A stretch of 64,000 nt of DNA from Candidatus Omnitrophota bacterium (GTDB lineage: Bacteria > Omnitrophota > Gorgyraeia > Zapsychrales > Zapsychraceae): assembly GCA_029261065.1 (NCBI GenBank), contig JAJDCB010000022.1, positions 443 to 64,442 on the forward strand, read 5' to 3'. This document shows positions 21,252 through 30,758 of this stretch, piece by piece. The first letter of the stretch is position 1, and each line of letters begins with the position of its first letter. A program made the translations under genes and the position numbers. Below the pieces are notes generated by a model that ran no database searches, was not told where the DNA came from, and worked only from the letters and a program-made list of their open reading frames with translations.

Positions 21252-23522
21252 ATGAAAGTAAGACAACAATGTGTGATCGCTTTAATTTTTGTAATGGGCG
21301 TTGGTTTTTCTTTATTCGGGTATCGAATGGCTCTTCAATGGGAAAATAGTCGTAGAGAATTATTTTTTGAGAGCGCTGCCAAGGAGGAAATTAAAGCATT
21401 ACAAGAAGCTATTAAGGATGATTTGGATTATTTAGATTCCATAAAGGGTTTTTACAATGCTTCTACTTTTGTTGATCGGCATGAGTTTCAAATTTTCACA
21501 CAAGATATACTTGCACGGAATCGAACCATTCAGGCTTTAGAATGGATTCCTCGTGTGAGGTTAGAAGAAGTGCCTAAATATGTGAATTTAGCAAAAGCCG
21601 ATGGGTATAATAACTTTCAAATTTTAGAAAAAGATAAAGTTGGGAAAATGAAAGCAGTAGGTGTCAGGAAAGAATACTTTCCTGTTTATTATGTGGAACC
21701 AATGTTGGGCAATGAGAACGCTTTTGGATTTGATTTGGCCAGTAATAAAGCTCGTAAAGATAGTTTGACGATGGCACGCGATACAGGCGAAATGAAAGCA
21801 ACCGCGAGTATAACCTTAGTGCAGGAGGAAAAAAATCAAAAAGGTTTTTTGGTTTTTAATCCGATATATAAGGACAATTCTTGGAATACTACGGTAGAAG
21901 ACCGTCGGGAAATGTTAGTAGGTTTTGTGCTAGGTGTTTATAGCGTTAAAGATCTTGTAGATGGGAGTCTCATCAGGCTTAAAACGACGGATCTAAAATT
22001 TTTTGTATATGAATTGTTTGAGAATAATGAAAAAAATCTTTTATATATTCACGGAGAAAAAAATGAAGGACATTTAAAAGATGAAATAAATGAACGTAAG
22101 GTAGAAGACTCAAGATATTTGAAATACGGTCAAATTATTGATGTTGCCGGAAAAAAATGGGAAGTTGTAGCGCAACCGTTGAATAATACTTTTGGGAAAA
22201 AAACGAGCCAACCTATTCTTGTACTAGTAATTTGTCTTATGATTACTATATTTTTAGTTGGTTTTACATTTTCTAATATGAGAAAAACAGCTGATATTGA
22301 GAAATTGGTCAAGTTGCGAACGCGAGAGTTGATGGAGGCTAAGCAGAGTTTAGAAAAAAATAAAGTTAAGATTGAATCGGCCCTTACTTATGCTGAGAAA
22401 ACTAAGCTTGCATTACAAAATGTTATGGAAGACTTAGAAGCGGAACGTGTAAAATTAGCGTCGAGTGAAGAGAGATTTGCAATAGCCAATTTTTCAGCAA
22501 AAGTTGGTATTTGGGATTGGGATGTTGTTAATAATCATATCATTTGGGATAAGGCTATGTATGGACTTTATGGAATCAAGGAGGGAGATTTTGGAGGCGC
22601 TATTGAAGCTTGGGAAGCTGGTCTTCATCCTGAAGATGCCAAAAGGTGTCAAGTTGAAATTCAAGCAGCACTAAAGGGGGAGAAGAATTTTGATACTGAC
22701 TTTCGAATTGTTTGGCCTGAAGATAAATCCATTCATCACATTCGGGCGCATGCAACAGTTCAGAGAGATGAGAAAGGTGAGGCTATTCGGATGCTTGGGA
22801 CAAACTGGGATATTACTGAGCTTAAGAGTTTGGCACAACGTTTAGCTTCTTCTAATCAAGAGCTTGAACAATTTGCTTATGTGGCATCGCATGATTTGCA
22901 AGAGCCGATACGTAAGATCGTTGGATTTACACAATTGTTTTCAAATTTGTTTGAAGGAGAGATGGATGGGAAGAAAAAAGAATATATGCATTATATTGTA
23001 GATGGTGCGAAACGAATGCAGTTGTTGATTCAAGATTTGTTGCAATACTCAAGAGTTGGAAGCACGCAATTGGATTTTGAGGAATTTGATTTTACCTCGA
23101 TTGTTGAAGAAGCTAAAGCCAATCTTGAATTAATTATTGATGAAACGGATACTAAAATTACGTATAAGCAACTACCAAGTTTAAAAGTTCATAGAGGTTT
23201 TATGGTCAGATTAATTCAAAATTTGATTAACAATTCAATAAAATATAGAAGTGAGGCTCCTCCTGAGATTAATATATTAGCTGAGTTAAAAAATCGTCGC
23301 TGGGAATTTACGATTTCTGATAATGGCATTGGTATTGCTGAAGAATTTTTTGAGCAGGTCTTTGTCGTATTTAAACGGTTACATGGAAAGGGCGAATATT
23401 CAGGTACGGGTATTGGACTGGCTATTTGCAGACGCATTGTTGAAAGGCATGGGGGAAGGATTTGGATTAAAAAATCGATGTCTAGCAAAGGGACAACTTT
23501 TAAATTTTATCTTCCCGAATAG
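21252..23522 (+). CDS. CHASE-domain sensor histidine kinase (TM-CHASE-TM-PAS-HisKA-HATPase_c)
   Basis: CHASE signature (ALEWIPRV...AFGFDLASN...ARDTGEMKATASITLVQE). PAS (VGIWDWDVVNNHIIWD). H-box ASHDLQEPIRKI. G-boxes GTGIGLAICRRIV. The gap to the upstream CHASE gene is only 3 nt. Confidence 0.85.
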   Translation: MKVRQQCVIALIFVMGVGFSLFGYRMALQWENSRRELFFESAAKEEIKALQEAIKDDLDYLDSIKGFYNASTFVDRHEFQIFTQDILARNRTIQALEWIPRVRLEEVPKYVNLAKADGYNNFQILEKDKVGKMKAVGVRKEYFPVYYVEPMLGNENAFGFDLASNKARKDSLTMARDTGEMKATASITLVQEEKNQKGFLVFNPIYKDNSWNTTVEDRREMLVGFVLGVYSVKDLVDGSLIRLKTTDLKFFVYELFENNEKNLLYIHGEKNEGHLKDEINERKVEDSRYLKYGQIIDVAGKKWEVVAQPLNNTFGKKTSQPILVLVICLMITIFLVGFTFSNMRKTADIEKLVKLRTRELMEAKQSLEKNKVKIESALTYAEKTKLALQNVMEDLEAERVKLASSEERFAIANFSAKVGIWDWDVVNNHIIWDKAMYGLYGIKEGDFGGAIEAWEAGLHPEDAKRCQVEIQAALKGEKNFDTDFRIVWPEDKSIHHIRAHATVQRDEKGEAIRMLGTNWDITELKSLAQRLASSNQELEQFAYVASHDLQEPIRKIVGFTQLFSNLFEGEMDGKKKEYMHYIVDGAKRMQLLIQDLLQYSRVGSTQLDFEEFDFTSIVEEAKANLELIIDETDTKITYKQLPSLKVHRGFMVRLIQNLINNSIKYRSEAPPEINILAELKNRRWEFTISDNGIGIAEEFFEQVFVVFKRLHGKGEYSGTGIGLAICRRIVERHGGRIWIKKSMSSKGTTFKFYLPE

Positions 23523-23634
23523 TTGTACGAAAGCATTAAAAATCTTCTCGTTTACATTATTTCTAGAACATGCTTTAATGTTTTTATATAAAAGTTTAAT
23601 CGTCATTATATTTTTGAAATAGAAAGGAGTTTGT

Positions 23635-24300
23635 ATGCGAAAGATTTTGCTGATGGTTTTTGTTGGATTGTTTTTGGCTTTTTCGAGTAATGCCATAGCG
23701 AGTGAGGTTTGTGATGGTATGAAAGATCGTGCTGTTCGTGGTGTGACTAATTTGGTTACAGGTATCGTTGAATGGCCTTTTCAAATAAAGAAAGGTTATA
23801 CCAATGGGGTAAGTTTTATCGAAAATGAAGCGGGTTCCAAAACGGTTGGAACAATTCTTGGGTTTTTTAGAGGAATTGGTCATGCCGGTGGCCGTATGAG
23901 TTCTGGAGCAGTAGAACTTTTTGGATTTTGGGCGGTTAGTCCTGATGATAATGATGGTGTTGGCGTTCCTCTTGATGCAGAATATGCTTGGGAAGAAGGC
24001 GAACAATACAGCATTTTTAAACCAAATCTTACTGAAGGTGTCAAACCATGGTTCCGTAAGTTAGGACGCGGTTTGGGTAATGGTTTTCTTGGTATTTTAG
24101 AAGTTCCAGGCCAAATTAAAAAAGGCGCTGATGATGGTAATGTTGCCAAAGGTGTTGGCAAGGGTGTCTGGTATTGGTTTTCGCGAGAAGTTTATGGAAT
24201 GGGAGATATCATGTCATCCTTTGTTCCCAATCCAGAAGATAATATGGGAGCCGTTCATTTTGAAGAAGAGTGGCCATGGGAGGCTTTAACAGCAGAATAA
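23635..24300 (+). CDS. Secreted protein with an internal two-fold repeat, function unknown
   Basis: Signal peptide. Repeat units RGVTNLVTGIVEWPFQIKKGYTNG and RGLGNGFLGILEVPGQIKKGADDG. Gly/Trp-rich. Confidence 0.45.
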   Translation: MRKILLMVFVGLFLAFSSNAIASEVCDGMKDRAVRGVTNLVTGIVEWPFQIKKGYTNGVSFIENEAGSKTVGTILGFFRGIGHAGGRMSSGAVELFGFWAVSPDDNDGVGVPLDAEYAWEEGEQYSIFKPNLTEGVKPWFRKLGRGLGNGFLGILEVPGQIKKGADDGNVAKGVGKGVWYWFSREVYGMGDIMSSFVPNPEDNMGAVHFEEEWPWEALTAE

Positions 24301-24327
24301 TAAAATTACTTATGATGATTTTTAATA

Positions 24328-24368
24328 AAAAACCCAGTCAACAAAAAGAAGTTGGCTGGGTTTTTTAT
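24328..24368 (+). terminator. Rho-independent terminator
   Basis: Stem cccagtcaac / gttggctggg (one G-U pair) followed by a T7 run. Confidence 0.7.
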
Positions 24369-24402
24369 TAAATTAAATGAATTATGTAAGAAAGGTGTGG
24401 CG

Positions 24403-24939
24403 ATGGCAAAATTTTATGATGAGTTAGATGAAAAGTTAACAGCATTTATTAAAGACCAAAAAATATTTTTTACAGCGACAGCGTGTGACTCAGGAAGAAT
24501 TAATTTAAGTCCAAAGGGGATGGATACGTTTTGTATCCTTTCAGAGAGACAAGTTGCCTTCTTAAGCCTTACAGGTAGTGGCAATGAGACAGCCGCACAT
24601 CTTAAAGTTAATGGTAGGATAACGTTAATGTTCTGTGGTTTTGAAAAAAATCCTTTAATATTGCGAATATATGGTAAGGGGCAATGCATTTACACAGATG
24701 ACGCGCAGTGGGGGGCGTATCAACAACATTTTCCAAACTTAGCAGGAGCAAGGCAAATATTTGTAATCGATATCGAATCCATTCAAACCTCTTGTGGTTT
24801 TGCGGTTCCTTTTTATGAGTTTAAAGGGGATCGAGATGCGCTGGTAAGATGGGCGGAACAAAAGGGAGAGGAGGGTGTTCGACAATATTGGCAAGACAAT
24901 AATATCCAAAGCATTGATGGTCTTTCAACAGGGATGTAA
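24403..24939 (+). CDS. Pyridoxamine 5'-phosphate oxidase-family FMN-binding protein
   Basis: PNPOx-like split-barrel motif region. The ATG at 24403 with RBS aaaggtg is preferred over the ATG at 24352. Confidence 0.7.
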   Translation: MAKFYDELDEKLTAFIKDQKIFFTATACDSGRINLSPKGMDTFCILSERQVAFLSLTGSGNETAAHLKVNGRITLMFCGFEKNPLILRIYGKGQCIYTDDAQWGAYQQHFPNLAGARQIFVIDIESIQTSCGFAVPFYEFKGDRDALVRWAEQKGEEGVRQYWQDNNIQSIDGLSTGM

Positions 24940-25013
24940 AGATGTGTTATGAAAAAGGATAGTCTTTTTATGCAACATGCGGTCTATGTATAACATTAAG
25001 TTTGTAAAACAAT

Positions 25014-25658
25014 TTAGATGGTCATAGCCGTTATAACAAGATCATTTTCAAATATAAATTTTCCGTTAAAGTGTAAATGTTCTTTCAGGGTATTTTTGGA
25101 TGGGTTGGTGATAGTGGCTTTAAATGCATAGATCGTAGGATCTATGCTAATAAGAACATCTTTAAAGTTTAGCCAGTTTTGAGTTAAAGGAAATTGGCAT
25201 TTATAAAAACATTCTTTAGCGCTGAAAATAAGGGCTAAATATTTTTGCCGTTCTTCATCGGGTAATGTTTGAACCCATTGCCATTCATCATTTTGACAAA
25301 TATGATCATGAATATTGGAATTAACTCTACTTATTTTTTCTGCATCAATTCCTATACTTTGAATGTCATTTTTTAAAGCAATAGTTACGGCACAATAACT
25401 ATTTGTGTGAGTAATGCTGCCGCAGATATTCTCAGGCCAAAGCGGAGCGCGATGTTCTCCCATAAGTAAGGGGAAGTCTTGGATGTCAAATTGAGAAAGT
25501 AATGTTTTAGCTAAGAGGCGGGAAGCGCAAAATTCTCGTTTGCGTTTATCTCCCATTTTATGCGTAAGCGAATGCTCTTGAGGGTGCAGGGAGCCTTCAA
25601 CGTGGGATGGATTAGCACTTGCAATTTTAACGGTTGAGGGTAATATTTTTTCTAACAT
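25014..25658 (-). CDS. 4'-phosphopantetheinyl transferase (Sfp/EntD type)
   Basis: Motifs KRKREFCASRLLAK, WPENICGSITHT and IGIDAEKI match the PPTase signature boxes. Confidence 0.75.
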   Translation of the reverse strand: MLEKILPSTVKIASANPSHVEGSLHPQEHSLTHKMGDKRKREFCASRLLAKTLLSQFDIQDFPLLMGEHRAPLWPENICGSITHTNSYCAVTIALKNDIQSIGIDAEKISRVNSNIHDHICQNDEWQWVQTLPDEERQKYLALIFSAKECFYKCQFPLTQNWLNFKDVLISIDPTIYAFKATITNPSKNTLKEHLHFNGKFIFENDLVITAMTI

Positions 25659-25958
25659 AGTAGGATAATTATAACATATGAAGTTTTTTTTAGAATTTTA
25701 TCTCGAATGACATCTGGCAGCGTAATTAGTGGGTGTTGTGTGGTCATTTTATCTTTAACAAATCCTAATAAGAGTATTTTTGACGTTGGTTATCAAGGAG
25801 CGACAGATCGGCTGCACGTAATTCTTATGACTATCTTTACCACCTTAGTTGGACTTCCTCTCAGTAGCTTACAGCCTTAGATTAAAAGTATAGTGCTTTA
25901 AGTAACAATAATTCTGTAAATAGTTAAGAAAAAAGGGTTTATTATTTGAATTATTTAC

Positions 25959-25987
25959 TTGACATATCAAACATTGATATGTTAAAC
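25959..25987 (+). promoter_or_regulatory. Candidate promoter (TTGACA...) with the palindrome CATATCAA-aca-TTGATATG (25963..25981) as a putative MarR operator
   Basis: 8-bp perfect inverted arms with a 3-nt spacer overlap the -35/spacer region about 35 nt upstream of the marR ATG. Confidence 0.5.
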
Positions 25988-26015
25988 TTTGTTTAGGTTA
26001 AACAAAGGAGAAAAA

Positions 26016-26516
26016 ATGGCAGCCATGAAGAACTTTTATTTAGATACCGTTAAAGGAAGGGTGAGTGCCGAGGCCTTTAATGGATTAATTTGTGTCTACT
26101 CACTTTTACAAAGAAAAATGGAAGAGTACTTTAAGCCCTATGCGTTGACACCGGTTAAATTTAATACGCTTATGCTGATACGCCATTTGGGTGCTGATCA
26201 AGGGGTCTCTCAGAATGAAATTTGTCACCATCTTATTGTTAGTCCTTCCAATATCACACGTCTTATTGATCGTATGATTGCTGATGAATATGTAGAGAGG
26301 ACGATATCTGAAAAAGATCGAAGAGTTAAGTTGATAAAGATAACAAAGAAGGGAACTAAAGTTTTAGATACGGTCTTTCATGGGTATGGCGAGATGATTC
26401 AACAATCCGCTTATGTCTTAGAACGATCAGATGTGGAGAAGTTATCTGAATTGTTATTGAAATGGTTTTCAAAGTTAGAGTCTTCTTTTAAAAAAGATGA
26501 GGTCGATGATGAATAA
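26016..26516 (+). CDS. MarR-family transcriptional regulator
   Basis: Winged-HTH MarR pattern (LTPVKFNTLMLIRHLG...SQNEICHHLIVSPSNITRLIDRM). RBS aaggag. An upstream in-frame ATG at 25989 is the alternative. Confidence 0.8.
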   Translation: MAAMKNFYLDTVKGRVSAEAFNGLICVYSLLQRKMEEYFKPYALTPVKFNTLMLIRHLGADQGVSQNEICHHLIVSPSNITRLIDRMIADEYVERTISEKDRRVKLIKITKKGTKVLDTVFHGYGEMIQQSAYVLERSDVEKLSELLLKWFSKLESSFKKDEVDDE

Positions 26517-26847
26517 GAAAAATTTATTGTTAATTCTTTTTGCTGGCTTATCTTTTGGTATGGTTGCTTTAGTTGTTAATACTTCTTTAAAGAGTAATCT
26601 TTTTGAAGTTCTTCCATATCTAAATTCAGAACCATGGTTTGTGACAACAATTGTTGATTTTTATTTTAATATTGTGATCATCTCTGTTTGGGTTGTCTAT
26701 AAAGAGAAAAGCCATTTTAAGGCTTTGATTTGGATTATTTCATTTATTTTATTAGGAAGTATATCAACGGCATTTTATGTGTTTCTTCAAATAATAACTT
26801 TAAAACAAAATGACACAATGGATCAAGTTGTATTAAGAAAGGTGTAA
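26497..26847 (+). CDS. Small integral membrane protein (3 TM), function unknown
   Basis: Hydrophobic helices. Overlaps the marR stop, so it sits in the operon with the lipid-modification genes. Confidence 0.45.
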   Translation: MRSMMNKKNLLLILFAGLSFGMVALVVNTSLKSNLFEVLPYLNSEPWFVTTIVDFYFNIVIISVWVVYKEKSHFKALIWIISFILLGSISTAFYVFLQIITLKQNDTMDQVVLRKV

Positions 26848-26851
26848 GGAT

Positions 26852-27655
26852 ATGAGTCAGGTAATATTACATACTATTGCTTTGGGAACGATAAGCGTGA
26901 TTAGCATGTTTTTTATTATTTGGGTTGTTCATATATTTCTAAAGAATGCTGGTGTTGTTGATGTCGGTTGGGGGTTAGGTTTTATGATTCTTTGTGGAAT
27001 CTATGTCTTGATGGGGGAGGGTTTTAATTTGCGTAATACAATCCTTTTTCTTATGGTTTCTTTATGGGGCTTACGGATTGTATTGTTTTTGTTTAAAAGA
27101 TTAACACTCGAAGGCCATGAAGATCGTCGGTATCAGAAAATTCGTAAAGAGTGGGGTGGTAATGTAACTCTCAAGTTTTTGTTCTTCTTTGAGTTTCAAG
27201 CCGTTCTTGAAATCATCCTAGCTATTCCGTTTTTAATTGTTAGTTTAAATCCTGCCTCGGGGTTATCTGTGCTTGAAATTTTTGGCGTAATCATATTTTC
27301 TGTGGCTCTTATTGGAGAGACGATCGCGGATGAACAATTACAAAGTTTTAAAAATAATTCCGAAAATAAAGGTAAGACGTGTAATGTCGGGTTGTGGAAC
27401 TATTCGCGACATCCGAATTATTTCTTTGAATGGCTTGTATGGATGGGCATTTTTGTCTTTGCTATTGCGAGTCCCTACGGTTGGGTATCATTTGTTAGTC
27501 CACTACTAATGTATTACTTAATGGTTTATGTCAGTGGAGTTCCTTTGGCAGAGGAACAATCCATTCTTTCACGCGGTGATAATTATAGAGAATATCAAAA
27601 GACAACAAGCATGTTTTTTCCTATGCCTAAAAGGAAAATTAAGGAGGTCCTATGA
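26852..27655 (+). CDS. DUF1295 / steroid-5-alpha-reductase-like membrane protein
   Basis: C-terminal NxxRHPNYFFEWLVW motif characteristic of the DUF1295/ICMT-like family. Confidence 0.7.
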   Translation: MSQVILHTIALGTISVISMFFIIWVVHIFLKNAGVVDVGWGLGFMILCGIYVLMGEGFNLRNTILFLMVSLWGLRIVLFLFKRLTLEGHEDRRYQKIRKEWGGNVTLKFLFFFEFQAVLEIILAIPFLIVSLNPASGLSVLEIFGVIIFSVALIGETIADEQLQSFKNNSENKGKTCNVGLWNYSRHPNYFFEWLVWMGIFVFAIASPYGWVSFVSPLLMYYLMVYVSGVPLAEEQSILSRGDNYREYQKTTSMFFPMPKRKIKEVL

Positions 27656-28698
27656 GAACAATGGCTCAAGTTACTAATCGGTTATTAGAGAAAGGCGTTA
27701 TTCCTGATCCATTGATTCGTTTTGGTATACGAGGATTACTTAAAGATAAACTAAAAGAAGAAAGAAAGAATAAAAAAAGTTTTGGAGAAAAAAACAAGTT
27801 CGAATTAATTGAATTGTTAAAAACGTCCCCTATTGCTGTCAATACTACGGATGCAAATGAACAACATTATGAGTTGCCCACTGAATTCTTTAAATTTGTG
27901 ATGGGTAAACACATGAAATACAGTTGTGGTTTATGGAAGGAGGGGACAACAAGTTTTGATACCTCTGAGGAGGATATGCTTCAATTAACAGTAGAACGCG
28001 CTCAAATTTTAGATGGGCAACGTGTTCTTGAATTGGGCTGTGGTTGGGGTTCTTTAACATTGTTTATGGCCCAGAAATTTCCAAAGTGTCAAATTCTTGG
28101 CGTATCAAATTCTTCAACACAAAAGCAATACATATTAAGAGAAGCGAAGAAAAGACAATTAACAAATGTTCGTATTATGACAGCTGATATGAATGATTTT
28201 CTAACAGAAGAAAATTTTGATCGCATCGTCTCAGTGGAGATGTTTGAACATATGCGAAATTATAAAAAGTTACTTGGAAAAATCTCAGATTTTCTTAACA
28301 AGGAAGGTAAGTTGTTTATTCATATTTTCACACATAAAGAGTTTGCTTATCTTTATAAAGAAGAGGATGAGAATGATTGGATAGCAAAATATTTCTTTAC
28401 GGGAGGCATTATGCCCTCAGATGATTTGTTATTCCATTTTCAAGATCATCTCAAGGTCGAGGAGCATTGGCATGTAAATGGGAGTCATTATCAAAAAACA
28501 TCAGAAGAATGGCTTAAGAACATGGATCGAAATAAAGATAAGATAATGCCTATTTTAAAAAATACATATGGTGAAGATTATCGTAAATGGTGGGTTTATT
28601 GGAGGGTGTTTTTTATGTCGTGTGCGGAGTTGTGGGGTTATAACAATGGGACTGAATGGATTGTGAGTCATTATCGACTTATAAAGGAGTCACGTTAG
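27652..28698 (+). CDS. Cyclopropane-fatty-acyl-phospholipid synthase-family SAM-dependent methyltransferase (short paralog, UfaM-like candidate)
   Basis: SAM motif I VLELGCGWGSLTL. CMAS-family C-terminal region. ATGA overlap with the upstream gene. Confidence 0.8.
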   Translation: MRTMAQVTNRLLEKGVIPDPLIRFGIRGLLKDKLKEERKNKKSFGEKNKFELIELLKTSPIAVNTTDANEQHYELPTEFFKFVMGKHMKYSCGLWKEGTTSFDTSEEDMLQLTVERAQILDGQRVLELGCGWGSLTLFMAQKFPKCQILGVSNSSTQKQYILREAKKRQLTNVRIMTADMNDFLTEENFDRIVSVEMFEHMRNYKKLLGKISDFLNKEGKLFIHIFTHKEFAYLYKEEDENDWIAKYFFTGGIMPSDDLLFHFQDHLKVEEHWHVNGSHYQKTSEEWLKNMDRNKDKIMPILKNTYGEDYRKWWVYWRVFFMSCAELWGYNNGTEWIVSHYRLIKESR

Positions 28699-29948
28699 TG
28701 CAAACTATTGCCATTATAGGAACAGGGATATCAGCGATGGGTGCTGCTTACTTTCTTAAGGATAAGTATGATATTTCTTTTTATGAAAAAAATAATTACC
28801 CAGGTGGGCATACCAACACGTTAACTATTGAAGAAGAAGGTGAGCCAATATATATCGATTCCGCGTTTATGGTTTACAACGAACGGACATATCCCAATTT
28901 AACGCGATTATTTAAAGAGCTTGATGTTAAGGCCAAGGATGCCGATATGTCTTTTAGCGTCCAACATAAGGCTAGCAATTTAGAATATTGTGGGACAGGT
29001 TTAAATGGATTGTTTGCTCAACGGAAAAATATTTTTAGCTTAAGTCATTGGAAGCTTATTCTTGAGATGGACCGTTTTAATAAAGAGGCGTTAGAAGTTT
29101 TAGATGACGATCGGTATCTCTCTTATTCGTTACTAAAATATGTCACAGAAAAAAGTTATAGCAAAAATTTTGTAAATAGATTCTTAACACCCATATCTTC
29201 GGCAGTTTGGTCAACGCCTCCTGATTTGATGCTTGAATTTCCTGTTGTTACATTAGTTCGGTTTTTTAAAAATCATGGTTTCTTGGGATTACGTGGTCAT
29301 TATCAATGGAAGACGGTTAGGGAAGGCTCGCAACGTTATCGAGATAAAATTTTGGGAGGTTTTAAGGGTCAAGTATTTTTAAATCGAGCAGCAGTGAGGG
29401 TTTATCGAGAAGATTCCAAGGGGGTTGTTGTCGATCAGCAGGGTGATAAAAAGACGTATGATAAAGTTATTATGGCGTCGCATGCGGATGATACTTTGAA
29501 AGTATTAGATGATGCCAATCCAGAAGAAAAAAAATTGTTATCAAAATTTTCTTATCAAAAAAATAGAGTAACGTTACATTGTGATGAAACAATCATGCCT
29601 CGTATGCGTTTGGCGTGGAGTTCGTGGAATTATCTTATAACAGAAAAAGGTCCTTCAACCATTTATTGGATGAATAATCTTCAAGGTGTGTCTAAACAAA
29701 AAAATTATTTTGTTTCCATTAATGACAATGATTTGGTAGATGAATCAAAAATAATTTGGGACTCAAGTTATGAACACCCATTATTTAACGTTGAGGCGAT
29801 CAAGACACAAAAGCAGTTGCCCAAACTAAATGAAGATGGTCCGATATATTTTTGTGGAGCCTATTTTAAATATGGATTTCATGAAGATGGTCTGACTGCG
29901 GGCTTAAATGTGGCAAGATCAATTACAGGTGAGACGATATGGAATTAA
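28698..29948 (+). CDS. FAD/NAD(P)-binding amine-oxidase-like oxidoreductase (UfaD-like fatty-acyl desaturase candidate)
   Basis: Rossmann dinucleotide motif IAIIGTGISAMGAAYFL...YEKNNYPGGH. GTG start at 28698 overlaps the preceding stop. The first in-frame ATG at 28656 is the alternative. Confidence 0.75.
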   Translation: MQTIAIIGTGISAMGAAYFLKDKYDISFYEKNNYPGGHTNTLTIEEEGEPIYIDSAFMVYNERTYPNLTRLFKELDVKAKDADMSFSVQHKASNLEYCGTGLNGLFAQRKNIFSLSHWKLILEMDRFNKEALEVLDDDRYLSYSLLKYVTEKSYSKNFVNRFLTPISSAVWSTPPDLMLEFPVVTLVRFFKNHGFLGLRGHYQWKTVREGSQRYRDKILGGFKGQVFLNRAAVRVYREDSKGVVVDQQGDKKTYDKVIMASHADDTLKVLDDANPEEKKLLSKFSYQKNRVTLHCDETIMPRMRLAWSSWNYLITEKGPSTIYWMNNLQGVSKQKNYFVSINDNDLVDESKIIWDSSYEHPLFNVEAIKTQKQLPKLNEDGPIYFCGAYFKYGFHEDGLTAGLNVARSITGETIWN

Positions 29949-30733
29949 CATCTTCTTTATATGAAACAGAAATCATGCATCATCGACTGACACCAAAAGA
30001 ACATAAGTTTTCTTATCGCTTTTTTTCGTTTTACATCAATTTAGATGAAATTGATGAGCTTACAAGTCGTATTACTTTATTAAGTCACAATAAATTTAAC
30101 ATTTATTCTTTCTTTGATAAAGACCATATGGAGGTAGGTGATAAAACAATTAAAGAAAAGATTCTTAATTATTTAGCAGAGCAGGGCATTGATTTAACAA
30201 ATGGACGGATCATGTTGCTGACTTATTTACGTACTTTTGGCTATGTTTTTAATCCAGTTTCCTTTTATTATTGCTTTGATGAAAACGACTCCCCTGTATG
30301 CGTCGTACCAGAGATCGGAAACACATTTGGAGAAATAAAAGCCTTTTTTATTAATCAAAATCATTTAGTGGGAAATAAATTTAAAGATTGTCAAGACAAG
30401 TACTACTATATATCACCATTTACACGACTGAATGATCAATTAGATTTTAAACTAACTATACCAAGTGAATATTTAGATGTTCGTATCAATACATCAAGAG
30501 ATGGTGAAAATATTCTTCTTACATCAATGATGGGGCCTAAAAAGGAATTAAATAATGTGCAATTATTTTGGATGACCTTAAAGTTTCCTTTTGTGACCTT
30601 AAAAGTTATTGTTTTGATTCATTGGCATGCCTTATTGTTGTGGTTTAAGAAAATTGTTTTTAAAAATAAAGAAGAACATATGGATTTACAAAGAGACGTT
30701 CTTAGAAAAAATATTCATCTTAAGCCTCAGTAG
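29939..30733 (+). CDS. DUF1365-family protein (UfaO-like candidate)
   Basis: N-terminal LYETEIMHHRLTPKEHKFSYRFF pattern typical of DUF1365. 10-nt overlap with the oxidoreductase gene. Confidence 0.7.
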   Translation: MELTSSLYETEIMHHRLTPKEHKFSYRFFSFYINLDEIDELTSRITLLSHNKFNIYSFFDKDHMEVGDKTIKEKILNYLAEQGIDLTNGRIMLLTYLRTFGYVFNPVSFYYCFDENDSPVCVVPEIGNTFGEIKAFFINQNHLVGNKFKDCQDKYYYISPFTRLNDQLDFKLTIPSEYLDVRINTSRDGENILLTSMMGPKKELNNVQLFWMTLKFPFVTLKVIVLIHWHALLLWFKKIVFKNKEEHMDLQRDVLRKNIHLKPQ

Positions 30734-30758
30734 ATGATTTAAAAAAGGGAAGGTTAAT

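Noticed and set aside
23323-24161. ORFs 23323..23622, 23400..23696, 23596..24006 and 23880..24161 around the kinase 3' end and the secreted repeat protein
   Set aside because: They overlap the well-supported kinase terminus or the signal-peptide protein in other frames or strands. The intergenic part is AT-rich with no RBS.
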